A stretch of 64,000 bases of DNA, from NCBI GenBank assembly GCA_947477885.1, contig CANJUD010000004.1:36997-100996 (forward strand). Reading direction: 5' to 3'. Within the stretch, counting starts at the first letter, position 1, and the number at the start of each line of letters is the position of its first letter. The position numbers and the translations under genes are program-made. The notes beneath the pieces are model-generated. The model searched no databases, was not told the origin of the DNA, and saw only the letters and a list, made by a program, of their open reading frames with translations. Below, one piece after another: positions 21,527 through 31,763 of this stretch. Origin of the DNA: Bacteroidota bacterium (GTDB lineage Bacteria; Bacteroidota; Bacteroidia; UKL13-3).

Positions 21527-21729
21527 ATGAATTTATCTCCGACCTACCTAATAAAGTTATTATAGGCTCATGAATTTTATATTAAAGAACAAAAGGCTCA
21601 CATCGCTTATATTTCAATCCCAATACAAATAAAACGGTGACAGTGCCAGTTCACGGTGGAAAGGACATGAAAAAAGGAAAGTTCTTAGCCATACTAAAAC
21701 AGGCTGGAATAACTAAAAGTGAAATTTGA
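21527..21729 (+). pseudogene. hicA: HicA toxin pseudogene
   Basis: MNLSPTYLIKLL*AHEFYIK, then frameshift to KGSHRLYFNPNTNKTVTVPVHGGKDMKKGKFLAILKQAGI; TAG at 21563-21565 and a 1-nt frameshift near 21585. Confidence 0.85.
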
Positions 21730-21744
21730 TTAATATACCTATAA

Positions 21745-21972
21745 ATGTCCGACAACTTCATCACCATCCTCACATCCCAGCAACCCATTCAACTTGCCAT
21801 TATCCGCGGCAGGCTAGAGTCGGAGGGGATTGAGTGTTTTATTAAGGATGAGCTTACCATACAAGTGCAGCCGTTTTATTCCAATGCAATTGGTGGGGCA
21901 AAGTTGCAGGTAAGGGAGAGTGATGTGGATTTAGCGAATGAGATTTTGAGGGAAGGAGGGTATATAAAATAG
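21745..21972 (+). CDS. DUF2007 putative signal-transducing protein
   Basis: RGRLESEGIECFIKDE...SNAIGGAKLQV. Confidence 0.85.
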   Translation: MSDNFITILTSQQPIQLAIIRGRLESEGIECFIKDELTIQVQPFYSNAIGGAKLQVRESDVDLANEILREGGYIK

Positions 21973-21997
21973 CCCTTCGACTTCGCTCAGAGTGCAC
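21973..21997. repeat. REP element (CCCTTCGACTTCGCTCAG type)
   Basis: Near-identical to 34559-34582. Confidence 0.75.
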
Positions 21998-22029
21998 ACA
22001 AAATAATAATTATAAAATATCAAATCTCC

Positions 22030-23007
22030 TTGAACCATCGTACCGAAATACAAACCACCAATGCCACGCCCATCATTGGCCTGGGCACCAAAGTTCTCAC
22101 TATCGGCTCTTGCTTTGCTGATAATATTGGAGAACGGTTGCACGATGATAAACTTGTAGTTAAAGTAAATCCTTTTGGAACTGTATATAATCCAATAAGT
22201 ATTTTTGATTTATTGGCTGACTCATTGACTCATGTTTTGCCTGATGAAAAATTATATTATAACGATGGGGAAACTTGGCAGCACCATGGTTTTCATTCTA
22301 CGTACTGGGATTTTGATAAAGATAAACTTAGCCATAAGTTGCAAAAAATATTAGAAGATACTGGGAAGTTTTTGAGAGAAGCAGATGTATTGATGATTAC
22401 TTTCGGCACCTCGGTTATATATAAACTTAAAGATACAAAAACTCTTGTAAACAATTGCCTCAAAAGGTCTGCAAAGGATTTTGAAAAAATAGTTTTGGGA
22501 TTAGATGAAATAAAAAAAGCGTTTGATTTATTATATACATTGCTAAAAAAAGAAAATCCCAATCTCAAAATTATATTAACCTTAAGTCCTGTCCGACATA
22601 TTAAAGACGGGTTGGAATTGAATGCTGTAAGTAAATCCTTGCTTAGGTTATTTTGCAATAAAATTGCCAATCAAAAAGATATATTATACTTCCCTGCCTA
22701 CGAAGCTATGATTGACGATTTGCGTGATTATAGTTATTATAAAGATGATTTATTGCATCCCAATAATAGGGCAGTTGATTATATATATCATAAATTTGGG
22801 GAACAATATTTCACCTCAGAATATCACACTTTTTTGAACAGGTGGCAAAAATTAAAACTTCAGTTAGCCCATCGCCCACTAAAGCCCGGCACTAAGGAGC
22901 ACCATTTTTTTTTACAAAACCTATATAGTGATTTGGAAATGCTTAAGGGCACTGTTGATGTGAAGAATGAAATGGAAGAAGTGTTTCTTTTGATGAAGAA
23001 TTATTAG
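22030..23007 (+). CDS. GSCFA domain protein (SGNH-like)
   Basis: IGSCFA, NPFGTVYNP, TLSPVRH, YFPAYE, DLLHP. Confidence 0.92.
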   Translation: MNHRTEIQTTNATPIIGLGTKVLTIGSCFADNIGERLHDDKLVVKVNPFGTVYNPISIFDLLADSLTHVLPDEKLYYNDGETWQHHGFHSTYWDFDKDKLSHKLQKILEDTGKFLREADVLMITFGTSVIYKLKDTKTLVNNCLKRSAKDFEKIVLGLDEIKKAFDLLYTLLKKENPNLKIILTLSPVRHIKDGLELNAVSKSLLRLFCNKIANQKDILYFPAYEAMIDDLRDYSYYKDDLLHPNNRAVDYIYHKFGEQYFTSEYHTFLNRWQKLKLQLAHRPLKPGTKEHHFFLQNLYSDLEMLKGTVDVKNEMEEVFLLMKNY

Positions 23008-23038
23008 TACTCTTTACATAAGACATTCAAAACCACTC

Positions 23039-23065
23039 GTCATGCTGAAATAAATTCAGCATGAC
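23039..23065. repeat. REP palindrome between convergent genes
   Basis: GTCATGCTGAA-ataaa-TTCAGCATGAC; a half copy lies at ~15661-15677. Confidence 0.75.
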
Positions 23066-23095
23066 ATCATAAAGCAGATTCTTATATATAATAAT

Positions 23096-23818
23096 TTAAA
23101 ACCCATCATACTTCCTCAACAACTTCAAAAATACCTCTAAATCCTTTGGATAAGGTGCTTCAAAAGATAATTGTTCCCCATCCAGTTCAAAAGATATATT
23201 TCTGGCATGCAAAGCCACTCTCTCAAATACAGGTTTCTCTTCTGTATATTTTGCTATCTTATAATTTCTTTTAAACCAGCTCATCATTGGCGATTTACCA
23301 CCATATGATAAGTCCCCACAAATAGGCGTATTCTGACTCGCTAGATGCACACGTATTTGGTGCATACGACCTGTAGTAGGCTTGCATGAAAGTAAAGTAA
23401 AATGCCTGAAAAATTCTATGGAATTAAATATAGTTTGAGCAGGTTTGCCGGCATAGTCAATTACCACTGTTGCTTTCTTTGTCTCCCGGATCGGAAGATT
23501 GACTTCAAGGTTTTCCATTTTTTTAACGCCATCCACTACCGCATAATATTCTTTATATACCAATCTTGATTCGAAAAGTTTGTTTACTTTTTTAAATATA
23601 TCACTGTTGGTGGCAGCTACCATAATGCCCGAAGTCTCGCGATCGAGGCGGTGACAGAGCTGTACGCTGGGGAATTTTTTTCGGAGTAATTGTAATAAAC
23701 TCGTAGTGGTAAAATTTCGTTCGTCGAGACTGGGAATAAAGGGTGGTTTGTTTACCACCAGCAATCCATCATTATTATATATAATATTGTCTTCGTAATT
23801 AAATTTGGGTGCTGCCAT
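23096..23818 (-). CDS. RluA family RNA pseudouridine synthase
   Basis: VNKP, HRLDRETSG, TGRMHQIRVH, LHA. Confidence 0.95.
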   Translation of the reverse strand: MAAPKFNYEDNIIYNNDGLLVVNKPPFIPSLDERNFTTTSLLQLLRKKFPSVQLCHRLDRETSGIMVAATNSDIFKKVNKLFESRLVYKEYYAVVDGVKKMENLEVNLPIRETKKATVVIDYAGKPAQTIFNSIEFFRHFTLLSCKPTTGRMHQIRVHLASQNTPICGDLSYGGKSPMMSWFKRNYKIAKYTEEKPVFERVALHARNISFELDGEQLSFEAPYPKDLEVFLKLLRKYDGF

Positions 23819-24363
23819 TATTCTAGTTTATAATCCTTTATTATTTTTTCTATCTGGAAATTTTCTACTGGGTCATAAGTTTCATCCAAATCATAGCCAT
23901 ATAAACTAGAAAATGAATTATAAAAAAACTTTTCGGCACTGCCATAGTAATCACTCATGATCCCATACACGGTGCTTCCCGTTTCTCGGCTTACCAGTTT
24001 TACCATGATTTTACCTTCATCAATACTAAAGTTTTTGAGTTGTTTCTGAAATGATTCTTTTAACTCTTTGGAATATTTTTTAATAAATTTTTTTCTTTCT
24101 TTTTTTGACTTGATTGCTTGCAGTTTTTGCTCCACTTGTTGCAAATGGAAAGCAGCCATTTTAGCATAAGGCAACACGAATTTTACCCTATTGATAAGCA
24201 AATGATAAGCTTTCTTTTGCTCAGGAGTCATCTTGGAGGTGTAAGTAAATGTAGGCAACTCAGCAGCCTCAATGGTGTCGTTCTCAACTACTACAGTTGT
24301 GCGTTGAGCAAATGTATTGTTTGAACATATATATATTACAATAAAGAGAATCCTGAACTTCAT
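23818..24363 (-). CDS. DUF4294 domain protein
   Basis: RVKFVLPYA, GKIMVKLVSRETG, YDP..N..IE. Confidence 0.8.
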   Translation of the reverse strand: MKFRILFIVIYICSNNTFAQRTTVVVENDTIEAAELPTFTYTSKMTPEQKKAYHLLINRVKFVLPYAKMAAFHLQQVEQKLQAIKSKKERKKFIKKYSKELKESFQKQLKNFSIDEGKIMVKLVSRETGSTVYGIMSDYYGSAEKFFYNSFSSLYGYDLDETYDPVENFQIEKIIKDYKLE

Positions 24364-24449
24364 ATATATAATCTAAGATGTTTATTTGTTATTAGATTTT
24401 GCTCTTCTTAAAAAAATCGCAAATCGACAATTGTAAATGTATTTAACAA

Positions 24450-25628
24450 TTATTGTGCTGAATTTTCCTCAACCACAAATTCTGGTTTTTTAGCAGCCCA
24501 TTTTTTTGTGAGTATAATACCTGCAATCCCTACCAACATTATTAACACAGCTATCAATTCAGCCTGCGTAAAACTGAAGCCACGCAAGTGATAACGCTCA
24601 TTCACTCTAATTTGTTCTATCAGCAAACGTTCTGCTCCGTTCATTATCATATATATAGAAAATAACATTCCTGGAATACTTATACGTTTGCGTAGCATCC
24701 ATAATACCCCAAATATTACAAGTGCCATCAATGTTTCGTAAATAGGAGTGGGGAATACGGGAAGCGGCAATTGACTGCAATGAGGGCCTATACATCCAGG
24801 TATGGGCAGCCCTTCACTATTTACATTGTGCGGGTAATTGAACGACCATACCCAATCAGGTAGGAAGCTCATCCAGCCTGGTTTGGGAGCCATATTTACA
24901 ATGCCCCAATCACCGTCGCCACTCAATTGGCAACCGATTCTTCCCACACCATAAGACAGTATTAAAGCAGGTGCTGAAGCATCAATTAAATGTAATAAGT
25001 TTATATGTTTCTTGCGAGCATACCATAATACAGCAGCTGCACCACAAATTAATCCACCATAAAAGGTGAGTCCACTAAATGACAGTAAAGAACCTACGGG
25101 GTCTTGTATAAGCAAAGCTGGATTTTCTAAATTGTCGAAAAGTTTAGCACCTATTAATCCCCAGATAGCTGCAAGGCCAGTGATATTTCCCATTAGTTGA
25201 TGGGGCTTAAATATAACAGTTTTGATTTCATGAGGCGATTTGCGATTTTCTCTATCTTCACTCCAAGTAAAATATGCCATTATCAGTGCCAAAAGCAATC
25301 CTCCTATAATACTTCCGTTCCACGATAAAATTGCATCTTGTGGGTTGGTAGAAAAACTATTATAGTCAGTAAACATTAATCCAAGTTTAAAACCTAATAA
25401 AAATCCTGTTACAATGGAAAATATATAATCAACTTTGGTTTTGGGTTTGCCTATTTCCATTTGTGTAGGTATATCAGCAAACAAGCCAACCTTACGTTTC
25501 AGCTCTTTTACCATTAACGAATAGGCAGCCATAAATGAGATAGCCAATAACAAACCAAATGTTTGAACGGGGAGTAATATATCAATACCGAACAGGTACT
25601 GCAATATTGAGGTGAGGGTAGGAAACAA
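24450..25628 (-). CDS. lgt: Prolipoprotein diacylglyceryl transferase
   Basis: [40 protein letters not shown] start. Confidence 0.92.
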   Translation of the reverse strand: MFPTLTSILQYLFGIDILLPVQTFGLLLAISFMAAYSLMVKELKRKVGLFADIPTQMEIGKPKTKVDYIFSIVTGFLLGFKLGLMFTDYNSFSTNPQDAILSWNGSIIGGLLLALIMAYFTWSEDRENRKSPHEIKTVIFKPHQLMGNITGLAAIWGLIGAKLFDNLENPALLIQDPVGSLLSFSGLTFYGGLICGAAAVLWYARKKHINLLHLIDASAPALILSYGVGRIGCQLSGDGDWGIVNMAPKPGWMSFLPDWVWSFNYPHNVNSEGLPIPGCIGPHCSQLPLPVFPTPIYETLMALVIFGVLWMLRKRISIPGMLFSIYMIMNGAERLLIEQIRVNERYHLRGFSFTQAELIAVLIMLVGIAGIILTKKWAAKKPEFVVEENSAQ

Positions 25629-25679
25629 ATTATTTTATATTTTTTAATTGATATTTTATATTTTTCTAACACTGCCCAT

Positions 25680-25699
25680 GGTTGGTGGCCCCACCAAAC
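25680..25699. repeat. REP-like GGTTGGTG-CACCAA hairpin
   Basis: Similar copies at 29970-29989 and 30015-30040. Confidence 0.6.
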
Positions 25700-25715
25700 A
25701 CAAGGGGATGCACAA

Positions 25716-26195
25716 CTATTTCTGCGGTACTTGTTTATTACATGTTACACATTTTCCATTTTTATGTACTTTGGGGTCGCCATATAGATTGAGTGAATGG
25801 GCAGTGATATTAAAGTTTAAGATACCACCTATCATATTTTGTATTTGTTGGATGCGTGGATCACAAAATTCTAAAATTTTATTACAGTGATTGCATATCA
25901 TATGGTCGTGTTGCTTATATCCGAAGGCTTGCTCGAACACGGCCATATTTTCGCCAAACTGATGTCGAGCCACCAATCCACACTCTAGTAATAAATCTAA
26001 AGTATTATATACAGTTGCACGGCTCACTCTATAGTTTCTTGCTTTCATTTGGTCATATAAAGTCTCTACATCAAAGTGTTCTTTCTTTGAATATATCTCC
26101 TCCAAAATCGCAAACCGTTCAGGCGTTTTACGCTGACCTTTTATTTCCAGATATTCAATGAATTTTTGCTTAACAGTTACTTTTATATCTTCCAT
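25716..26195 (-). CDS. fur: Fur family transcriptional regulator
   Basis: RKTPERFAIL, SRATVYNTL, QHDHMICNHC, C-terminal CxxC. Confidence 0.9.
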   Translation of the reverse strand: MEDIKVTVKQKFIEYLEIKGQRKTPERFAILEEIYSKKEHFDVETLYDQMKARNYRVSRATVYNTLDLLLECGLVARHQFGENMAVFEQAFGYKQHDHMICNHCNKILEFCDPRIQQIQNMIGGILNFNITAHSLNLYGDPKVHKNGKCVTCNKQVPQK

Positions 26196-26217
26196 CAGAA
26201 ATTACATATTATCATAC

Positions 26218-28254
26218 TTACCAAATTTTTGCACGCTCTTTTTCAGGCTTGAACATATTGCCACTCTTTATATTAAATGCCTTGTAAAAATCATCCATAT
26301 TGCTCACAGGTCCGTTGGTGCGGAACTCTCCCGGGCTATGTGGGTCGGTCATTATACGTTGGCGGAGTGCAGCTTCTGTAATATTATTTTTCCAAGCATT
26401 GGCCCATGATAAAAAGAACCTTTGATCGGCAGGAACTCCATGCACAACCAAATTTTTCTTGCCTTCATCGGTACGTTTAAATGCCTCTAATGCAATCATC
26501 AATCCACCCAAATCTGCAATATTTTCTCCCAAAGTTAACTTGCCATTTACATGCACATCATCAAGTAATGTATATTTATCAAATTGCGAAACTACCATTG
26601 CAGTTTTAGCATCGAAAAGTTTTTTGTCTTCATCAGTCCACCACATTTTCAAGTTCCCTTCTGCATCAAACTGGCAACCTTGGTCATCAAATCCATGCGT
26701 CATTTCGTGGCCTATCACCGCTCCGATAGCTCCATATATCATGGCATCATCTGCATTCATATCGAAAAATGGAGGTTGCAAAATCCCAGCAGGGAATACA
26801 ATTTCGTTCAGTGAAGGATTGTAATAGGCATTCACCATTTGTGGTGGCATTCCCCACTCAGTTTTGTCAACCGGGCTACCATATTTTGCAATCATTCTAT
26901 TGTATTCATACTTCGATGCTTCCATTACATTCAATACGAAATGTTGGTTCTTTATTTTGCAAGTACTGTAATCTTTCCACTTATCGGGGTAGCCAATTTT
27001 CACCATGAACTTATTTAACTTCTCAGTGGCTTTTACCTTAGTTTCTGCACTCATCCAATCCAGTTTCTGTATACGATCACGGAAAGCATCTTGCAGATTC
27101 TTTACCATCTTCAGCATACGTGCTTTTGCTTCTGCTTGAAAATTCTTGGCAACAAATATTTGCCCCACCGCTTCGCCCATCATGCCTTCTACCACTTTCA
27201 TAACACGTTCCTCTCTAGATTTTTGCGATTTTACTCCACGCAATATCGTAGAATAAAAACGGAAATGTTCTGATACAAATTTGTGGCTTAAGTAGGGAGC
27301 AGCATCACGAATCAATTGCCACCGCAAATAGGTTTTCCAATCTTGTATCGTAAGCTCGGTCATCATCTTATTCACCTCCTTAAAAAAATCGGGCTGTCCC
27401 ACAATTACACTGTCCACTTTGGGCAATCCAAAATGTTTTACCATTACTAACCAATTTGTATTTGACGATAAGTCATTGGTAAAAGCTTGTAAAGTCATTT
27501 TGTGATAACTGGCATAAGGGTCACGCATGGTTACCCTGTCCATACTGGCCTTGGCAAGGCGTGTCTCCATTTGCATCACAATGTGTGCATGGGGTCGTGC
27601 ATCTGCATCTACTTCGCCCATCAGTTTAAAAACAGATACCATGGTATTCTCTAATTCACTGCGCAGTTTTATGCTTTTATCATCACTGTTTATATAATAA
27701 TCTCTATCAGGCATACTCAATCCTCCTTGATTGAAATAAGGAATCATTTGCGAGCTTTCTTTTAAATCCTGATCTACTGAAAAACTAAATAACATCCCAT
27801 TTCCTTCACTTTGCCATTTGGCCAACAATGCGTTAAGGTCATCCACATTTTTCATTTTTTTAATCTCTGTTAAAAATGGATTCAGTGGCTCAATACCTTG
27901 CTTCTCTAAAATCTCACTGTCCATTCCGCTCTTATAAAAATCACCAATTCTGCGGCGGTTGCTACCTATTGGGTCATTGCTTATGGCTGCACTTTCTAAT
28001 ATATTCAGTAATATTTTCTTATTACGTTCTTCCACTTCATTAAAGCTTCCCCAACGACTTTCGCTTGCTGGTACGGGATTGTTCTTAATCCAATTGCCCA
28101 CCGCATATCGGTAAAAATCATTCCCTGGATTCACCGTGGTGTCCATATAATTGTGATGCAGTGCGTCTCCCATGGTGCTGTGATTAAGGTTGGTAGCGGC
28201 TATAGCAATGCTTAGTACTGCTAAGATTGAAAATTGTATATATAATTTTTTCAT
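26218..28254 (-). CDS. M13 family metallopeptidase (PepO/neprilysin-like)
   Basis: VNAYY, GHEMTHGFD, GENIAD, DPHSP. Confidence 0.95.
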   Translation of the reverse strand: MKKLYIQFSILAVLSIAIAATNLNHSTMGDALHHNYMDTTVNPGNDFYRYAVGNWIKNNPVPASESRWGSFNEVEERNKKILLNILESAAISNDPIGSNRRRIGDFYKSGMDSEILEKQGIEPLNPFLTEIKKMKNVDDLNALLAKWQSEGNGMLFSFSVDQDLKESSQMIPYFNQGGLSMPDRDYYINSDDKSIKLRSELENTMVSVFKLMGEVDADARPHAHIVMQMETRLAKASMDRVTMRDPYASYHKMTLQAFTNDLSSNTNWLVMVKHFGLPKVDSVIVGQPDFFKEVNKMMTELTIQDWKTYLRWQLIRDAAPYLSHKFVSEHFRFYSTILRGVKSQKSREERVMKVVEGMMGEAVGQIFVAKNFQAEAKARMLKMVKNLQDAFRDRIQKLDWMSAETKVKATEKLNKFMVKIGYPDKWKDYSTCKIKNQHFVLNVMEASKYEYNRMIAKYGSPVDKTEWGMPPQMVNAYYNPSLNEIVFPAGILQPPFFDMNADDAMIYGAIGAVIGHEMTHGFDDQGCQFDAEGNLKMWWTDEDKKLFDAKTAMVVSQFDKYTLLDDVHVNGKLTLGENIADLGGLMIALEAFKRTDEGKKNLVVHGVPADQRFFLSWANAWKNNITEAALRQRIMTDPHSPGEFRTNGPVSNMDDFYKAFNIKSGNMFKPEKERAKIW

Positions 28255-28313
28255 AATAAGTATAACACGGATCCGGAGTGCAAAGGTTAATCAAAAAATG
28301 TTAAAGATATTAA

Positions 28314-29663
28314 TTATTTCTCCCAAAAATTTAATGTGATTCCATCAAACGAACCTGAGCTCATCAACAGCAATACTCGGTTATTATAATCAAGCTGTTC
28401 CAAGAAAATATTCAGGTCAGCAGTTTGGTCGAATATTTGGGCCTTGGCTCCAAATGCTTTTTGCACTTCGTCTTTCTGTAAAGGCTCCATCTTTTTTATC
28501 TCGAACGAATGGGCATTATAATATACTATAATATCATCGGCCACATCCATACTGCCTTCATATTCTTTCAAAAAATCTTTGTTCAGGCTACTATAAGTAT
28601 GCAACTCAAAACAAGCAGTTAGTTTTCTATCTGGATACTGCTCCCGCACCGCGCTCACCGTAGCTTTAAGCTTGGATGGACTGTGAGCAAAATCACGATA
28701 AACTGTAGTTTCATCTCTATCATATAATACTTCCAATCGTTTTGCCGTTCCTTCAAAAGTTGAGATTGCTTGGTAAAATTCCAGGTCTTCCACACCCAGT
28801 TCTTTCGCCAATAAATAGATGCCCGCCAGGTTTTGCAAATTATGTCTGCCAAATATTTTCAATCCCACTTGGCCAATATCTGTTTGTATCAAAGTCTTAT
28901 AGCCATCGGTATCGATAGGTTTGTTCTCTAATTCTTCGTAGGGCAATAATTTCAAACGGTCTTTGTGTTTTGCAGCCAGTGTTTGCAAATGTTCATCGCC
29001 TGCGTAATAGGCTAGGGGAGCACCATCGGGCAATTGGTTCACAAATATTTCAAACTGTTCAATATAGTTTTCAAACGTAGGGAATACATTGATGTGGTCC
29101 CACGCAATACCAGTAAGCATCGCTATTTGCGGATGATACAAATGGAACTTCGGTCTTAAATCTAAAGGAGAAGTTAAATACTCATCACCTTCTAATATAA
29201 TCAATGGAGCATCGCTCAATTTCACCATCGTATCAAACCCAGCAAGTTGCGAACCCACCATATAATCAAAATCTTTTTTGCACTCACGCAGCACATGCAT
29301 CAACATGGCCGTACTCGTAGTTTTGCCATGGCTGCCACCAATTACTACACGGGTTTTGTCCTTGGCATGTTCATATAAAAACTGCGGAAAAGAGTAGATG
29401 GGCAAGCCCAGTTCTTTGGCTTTAAGCAGCTCAGGATTATTTGCTCGAGCATGCATCCCAAGTATCACCCCGTCCAGTCCTGCATGTACTTTATCAGCAA
29501 ACCAGCCAATCTCATCGGGCAACAAACCCACATGGGCAAGCCTACCTTTTGCAGGTTCAAATATCTCATCATCGCTACCCGTAATGGTATGCCCCAGTTG
29601 GTGCAGAGCCAATGCCATATTGTGCATCACCGCCCCGCCTATTGATATAAAATGGTAGTTCAT
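28314..29663 (-). CDS. mpl: Mur ligase family (murein peptide ligase Mpl/MurC-like)
   Basis: HFISIGGAVM, GSHGKTT, EGDEY, DFAHSP. Confidence 0.85.
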   Translation of the reverse strand: MNYHFISIGGAVMHNMALALHQLGHTITGSDDEIFEPAKGRLAHVGLLPDEIGWFADKVHAGLDGVILGMHARANNPELLKAKELGLPIYSFPQFLYEHAKDKTRVVIGGSHGKTTSTAMLMHVLRECKKDFDYMVGSQLAGFDTMVKLSDAPLIILEGDEYLTSPLDLRPKFHLYHPQIAMLTGIAWDHINVFPTFENYIEQFEIFVNQLPDGAPLAYYAGDEHLQTLAAKHKDRLKLLPYEELENKPIDTDGYKTLIQTDIGQVGLKIFGRHNLQNLAGIYLLAKELGVEDLEFYQAISTFEGTAKRLEVLYDRDETTVYRDFAHSPSKLKATVSAVREQYPDRKLTACFELHTYSSLNKDFLKEYEGSMDVADDIIVYYNAHSFEIKKMEPLQKDEVQKAFGAKAQIFDQTADLNIFLEQLDYNNRVLLLMSSGSFDGITLNFWEK

Positions 29664-29749
29664 TTTTGTGATGCAAGAATAAGGAGGGAATTTTATATTT
29701 TAATAACGAGTAATATACAACTAAGCCAAATAGTATGTCACAACTGCGG

Positions 29750-30040
29750 TCTCCCCTCATGAGAGATTTAGAGGGGCTTTTGTGCCCAAGTACTTTATAC
29801 TATGTACTTTCTACCTTATACTATTTTGGGCGTGCCCCTCTGAAGCATCGGGTCGGGCCATACGCCTTACTTCGTGCCGGCTGCTGTCCCTCACGCGGTC
29901 TGAACAAGATTGTTGTGATTAAAGGATTAACAGGATTTTATACTGTTCATATGGTTGGACACAGTCGATGGTTGGTGTCCCCACCAACCCAAAGATGGAT
30001 TCTAATTATTTGCCTTTGGTTGGTGTTTTCACCAACCAAA
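29750..30040. repeat. Cluster of different short palindromic and heptamer repeats
   Basis: cccctc..gagggg hairpin, TACTTTA-type heptamers, tttgggcgtgcccc...tccctcacgc element, two GGTTGGTG-CACCAACC hairpins. Confidence 0.6.
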
Positions 30041-30045
30041 ATAAC

Positions 30046-30639
30046 TCACTTCATCCGCAACCAACCCAACACCCGTCCATTGTTAATTTTAAACTTGTGG
30101 TAGGCTGACTCTAGACCCATATCCACCCGAGGTTTATCAAATACACCGGGATTTTGTTGTATAATAGTTATGCTGCTTTTATTCACCGCCGATATAATAG
30201 CTACATGTCCATAGGTGTTTCCAAAATGCCCATCTAATATTAATAAATCACCCACCTTGGGTTTTGAATTGCTAGGGTTTGAGAATTGTAATAAGTTTCT
30301 AGCTGCATTTAGTTCGCCATCCTTTACGTTTTTATTATAGAAATCTTTGCCATTACCATACGCATCGGGCATTTTGTGATGATAGTATTCATAATAATAT
30401 CGCTTCACAAATTCCACACATTGGTATTTCAAGCCAATATTATAACCGTCCTTAGCGGTGTTCCTTCCTTCAGTGTGGCTCACACGGCCATTATAATATA
30501 CATATACGCCATTCAAACTATCTACTTTGTCTCCAATATGAAAAGTAGGATTGGGGCTGCTTGTTTCAATGCGATGATATATAAAATAACTACTAGCAAT
30601 TAGTACAACAGATATTAATATAATATATAGCTTTTTCAT
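30046..30639 (-). CDS. CHAP domain protein (amidase)
   Basis: KYQCVEFVKRYY and YGHVAII catalytic Cys/His; N-terminal membrane anchor. Confidence 0.9.
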   Translation of the reverse strand: MKKLYIILISVVLIASSYFIYHRIETSSPNPTFHIGDKVDSLNGVYVYYNGRVSHTEGRNTAKDGYNIGLKYQCVEFVKRYYYEYYHHKMPDAYGNGKDFYNKNVKDGELNAARNLLQFSNPSNSKPKVGDLLILDGHFGNTYGHVAIISAVNKSSITIIQQNPGVFDKPRVDMGLESAYHKFKINNGRVLGWLRMK

Positions 30640-30669
30640 GAGGTGTATTGCAAAGATAATGTCAAAGTA

Positions 30670-30694
30670 TGAGGTGCAAAATTAGCAACTCAAA
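30670..30694. promoter_or_regulatory. Palindrome upstream of ORF6N that matches the gene's internal palindrome
   Basis: TGAGGTGC-aaaatta-GCAACTCAAA; 22/25 identical to 30943-30967. Confidence 0.6.
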
Positions 30695-30758
30695 TTACCC
30701 CGACACAAATTGTCAAAACCACCCAATACATTTGCCATTTCAACAAAATATATGAAAT

Positions 30759-31274
30759 ATGCAAATACAAGTTATCCAAAAGAAAATTTATGAAATAAGA
30801 GATCAAAAGGTAATGATGGATTTTGATTTATCAGAACTGTACGAAACCGAAACCAAATACTTGAAAAGAGCAGTAAAGGCAAACCTCAAAAGGTTCCCAC
30901 CTGATTTTATGTTTGAACTTACTAAAAAGGAATTCGAAACTTTGAGGTGCAATTTTAGCACCTCAAAAAAAGGAGGAACTCGGTATATGCCTTTTGCATT
31001 TACTGAACAAGGCGTGGCAATGCTAAGTGCAGTGCTCAACTCCGATAAAGCCATTGATGTAAATATATCTATTATAAGAGCCTTTGTTATGATGCGGCAA
31101 TTTGCTATAAACTATAAAGACTTAGCAGATAAAATTGCCAAACTTGAAAAGAAAAATAACAAGCAATTTAAAGATGTATATGAAGCACTCAACTTGTTAT
31201 TATCAGATAAAGAAACTGAAATAGATTTTGAGAGCAGAGAACGGATAGGATATAAACAAGCGATTGCAAGTTGA
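30759..31274 (+). CDS. ORF6N domain protein
   Basis: IYEIRDQKVMMDFDLSELY, RFPPDFMFELT, PFAFTEQGVAMLS. Confidence 0.92.
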   Translation: MQIQVIQKKIYEIRDQKVMMDFDLSELYETETKYLKRAVKANLKRFPPDFMFELTKKEFETLRCNFSTSKKGGTRYMPFAFTEQGVAMLSAVLNSDKAIDVNISIIRAFVMMRQFAINYKDLADKIAKLEKKNNKQFKDVYEALNLLLSDKETEIDFESRERIGYKQAIAS

Positions 31275-31300
31275 TTGCTACTAATGACGATGTGGTGATA

Positions 31301-31347
31301 TGGTGAGCAGCCTGCACTGAGAGATAGCCGAAGTGAAGTCGAACCAC
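31301..31347. repeat. REP nested within REP
   Basis: tggtgagc[...gcactgagagatagccgaagtg]aagtcgaaccac. Confidence 0.55.
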
Positions 31348-31363
31348 GAACCATACTCAAAAC

Positions 31364-31687
31364 TTAATTAGTAGGGTGCCCACTATCATACCAAGTCTTG
31401 AAAACTTCAAGCTCGCTCGCACTCAACTTTTGCCTAGGCATACTCCTTCTAGTATATATAACTTTGTATAATTGGCTTATATTGTTTTCTATCGTAGTAG
31501 CATCATAAGGATTGTATTCCCATCTGCCCGCATCACTGGCATTGGGGCGGTGACAGCCTCCGCAGTGGTTATCGAACCAAGGTCGCATTGTGGTATTTGC
31601 AAATACAGTTGGGCTTGAATGGGTGCATGAGTATAACAAAGTAGCAACAACTGCGAGTGCGAAAAATACGAGGGTTATTTTTTTTAT
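31364..31687 (-). CDS. Small c-type cytochrome lipoprotein (apparent ATA start)
   Basis: IKKITLVFFALAVVATLLYSC signal/lipobox; CGGCH haem motif; SMP...W...G C-terminus. Confidence 0.7.
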   Translation of the reverse strand: MKKITLVFFALAVVATLLYSCTHSSPTVFANTTMRPWFDNHCGGCHRPNASDAGRWEYNPYDATTIENNISQLYKVIYTRRSMPRQKLSASELEVFKTWYDSGHPTN

Positions 31688-31763
31688 GGTATTATATATA
31701 TTGCTTGTATTTGTTATTACGAAAGTTATTATAATAGGGTGGGGTAGTAGGTTTGTAAATCGT

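Noticed and set aside
21563..21565. In-frame TAG in hicA as stop-codon recoding
   Set aside because: TAG ends several normal genes in this window, and hicA also has a frameshift
29735..30103. 122-aa plus-strand ORF
   Set aside because: Runs through a cluster of palindromic repeats and overlaps the CHAP gene; no protein-like features
30046..31274. CHAP plus ORF6N as a prophage remnant
   Set aside because: No structural, terminase, holin or integrase genes; both families occur as solo chromosomal genes
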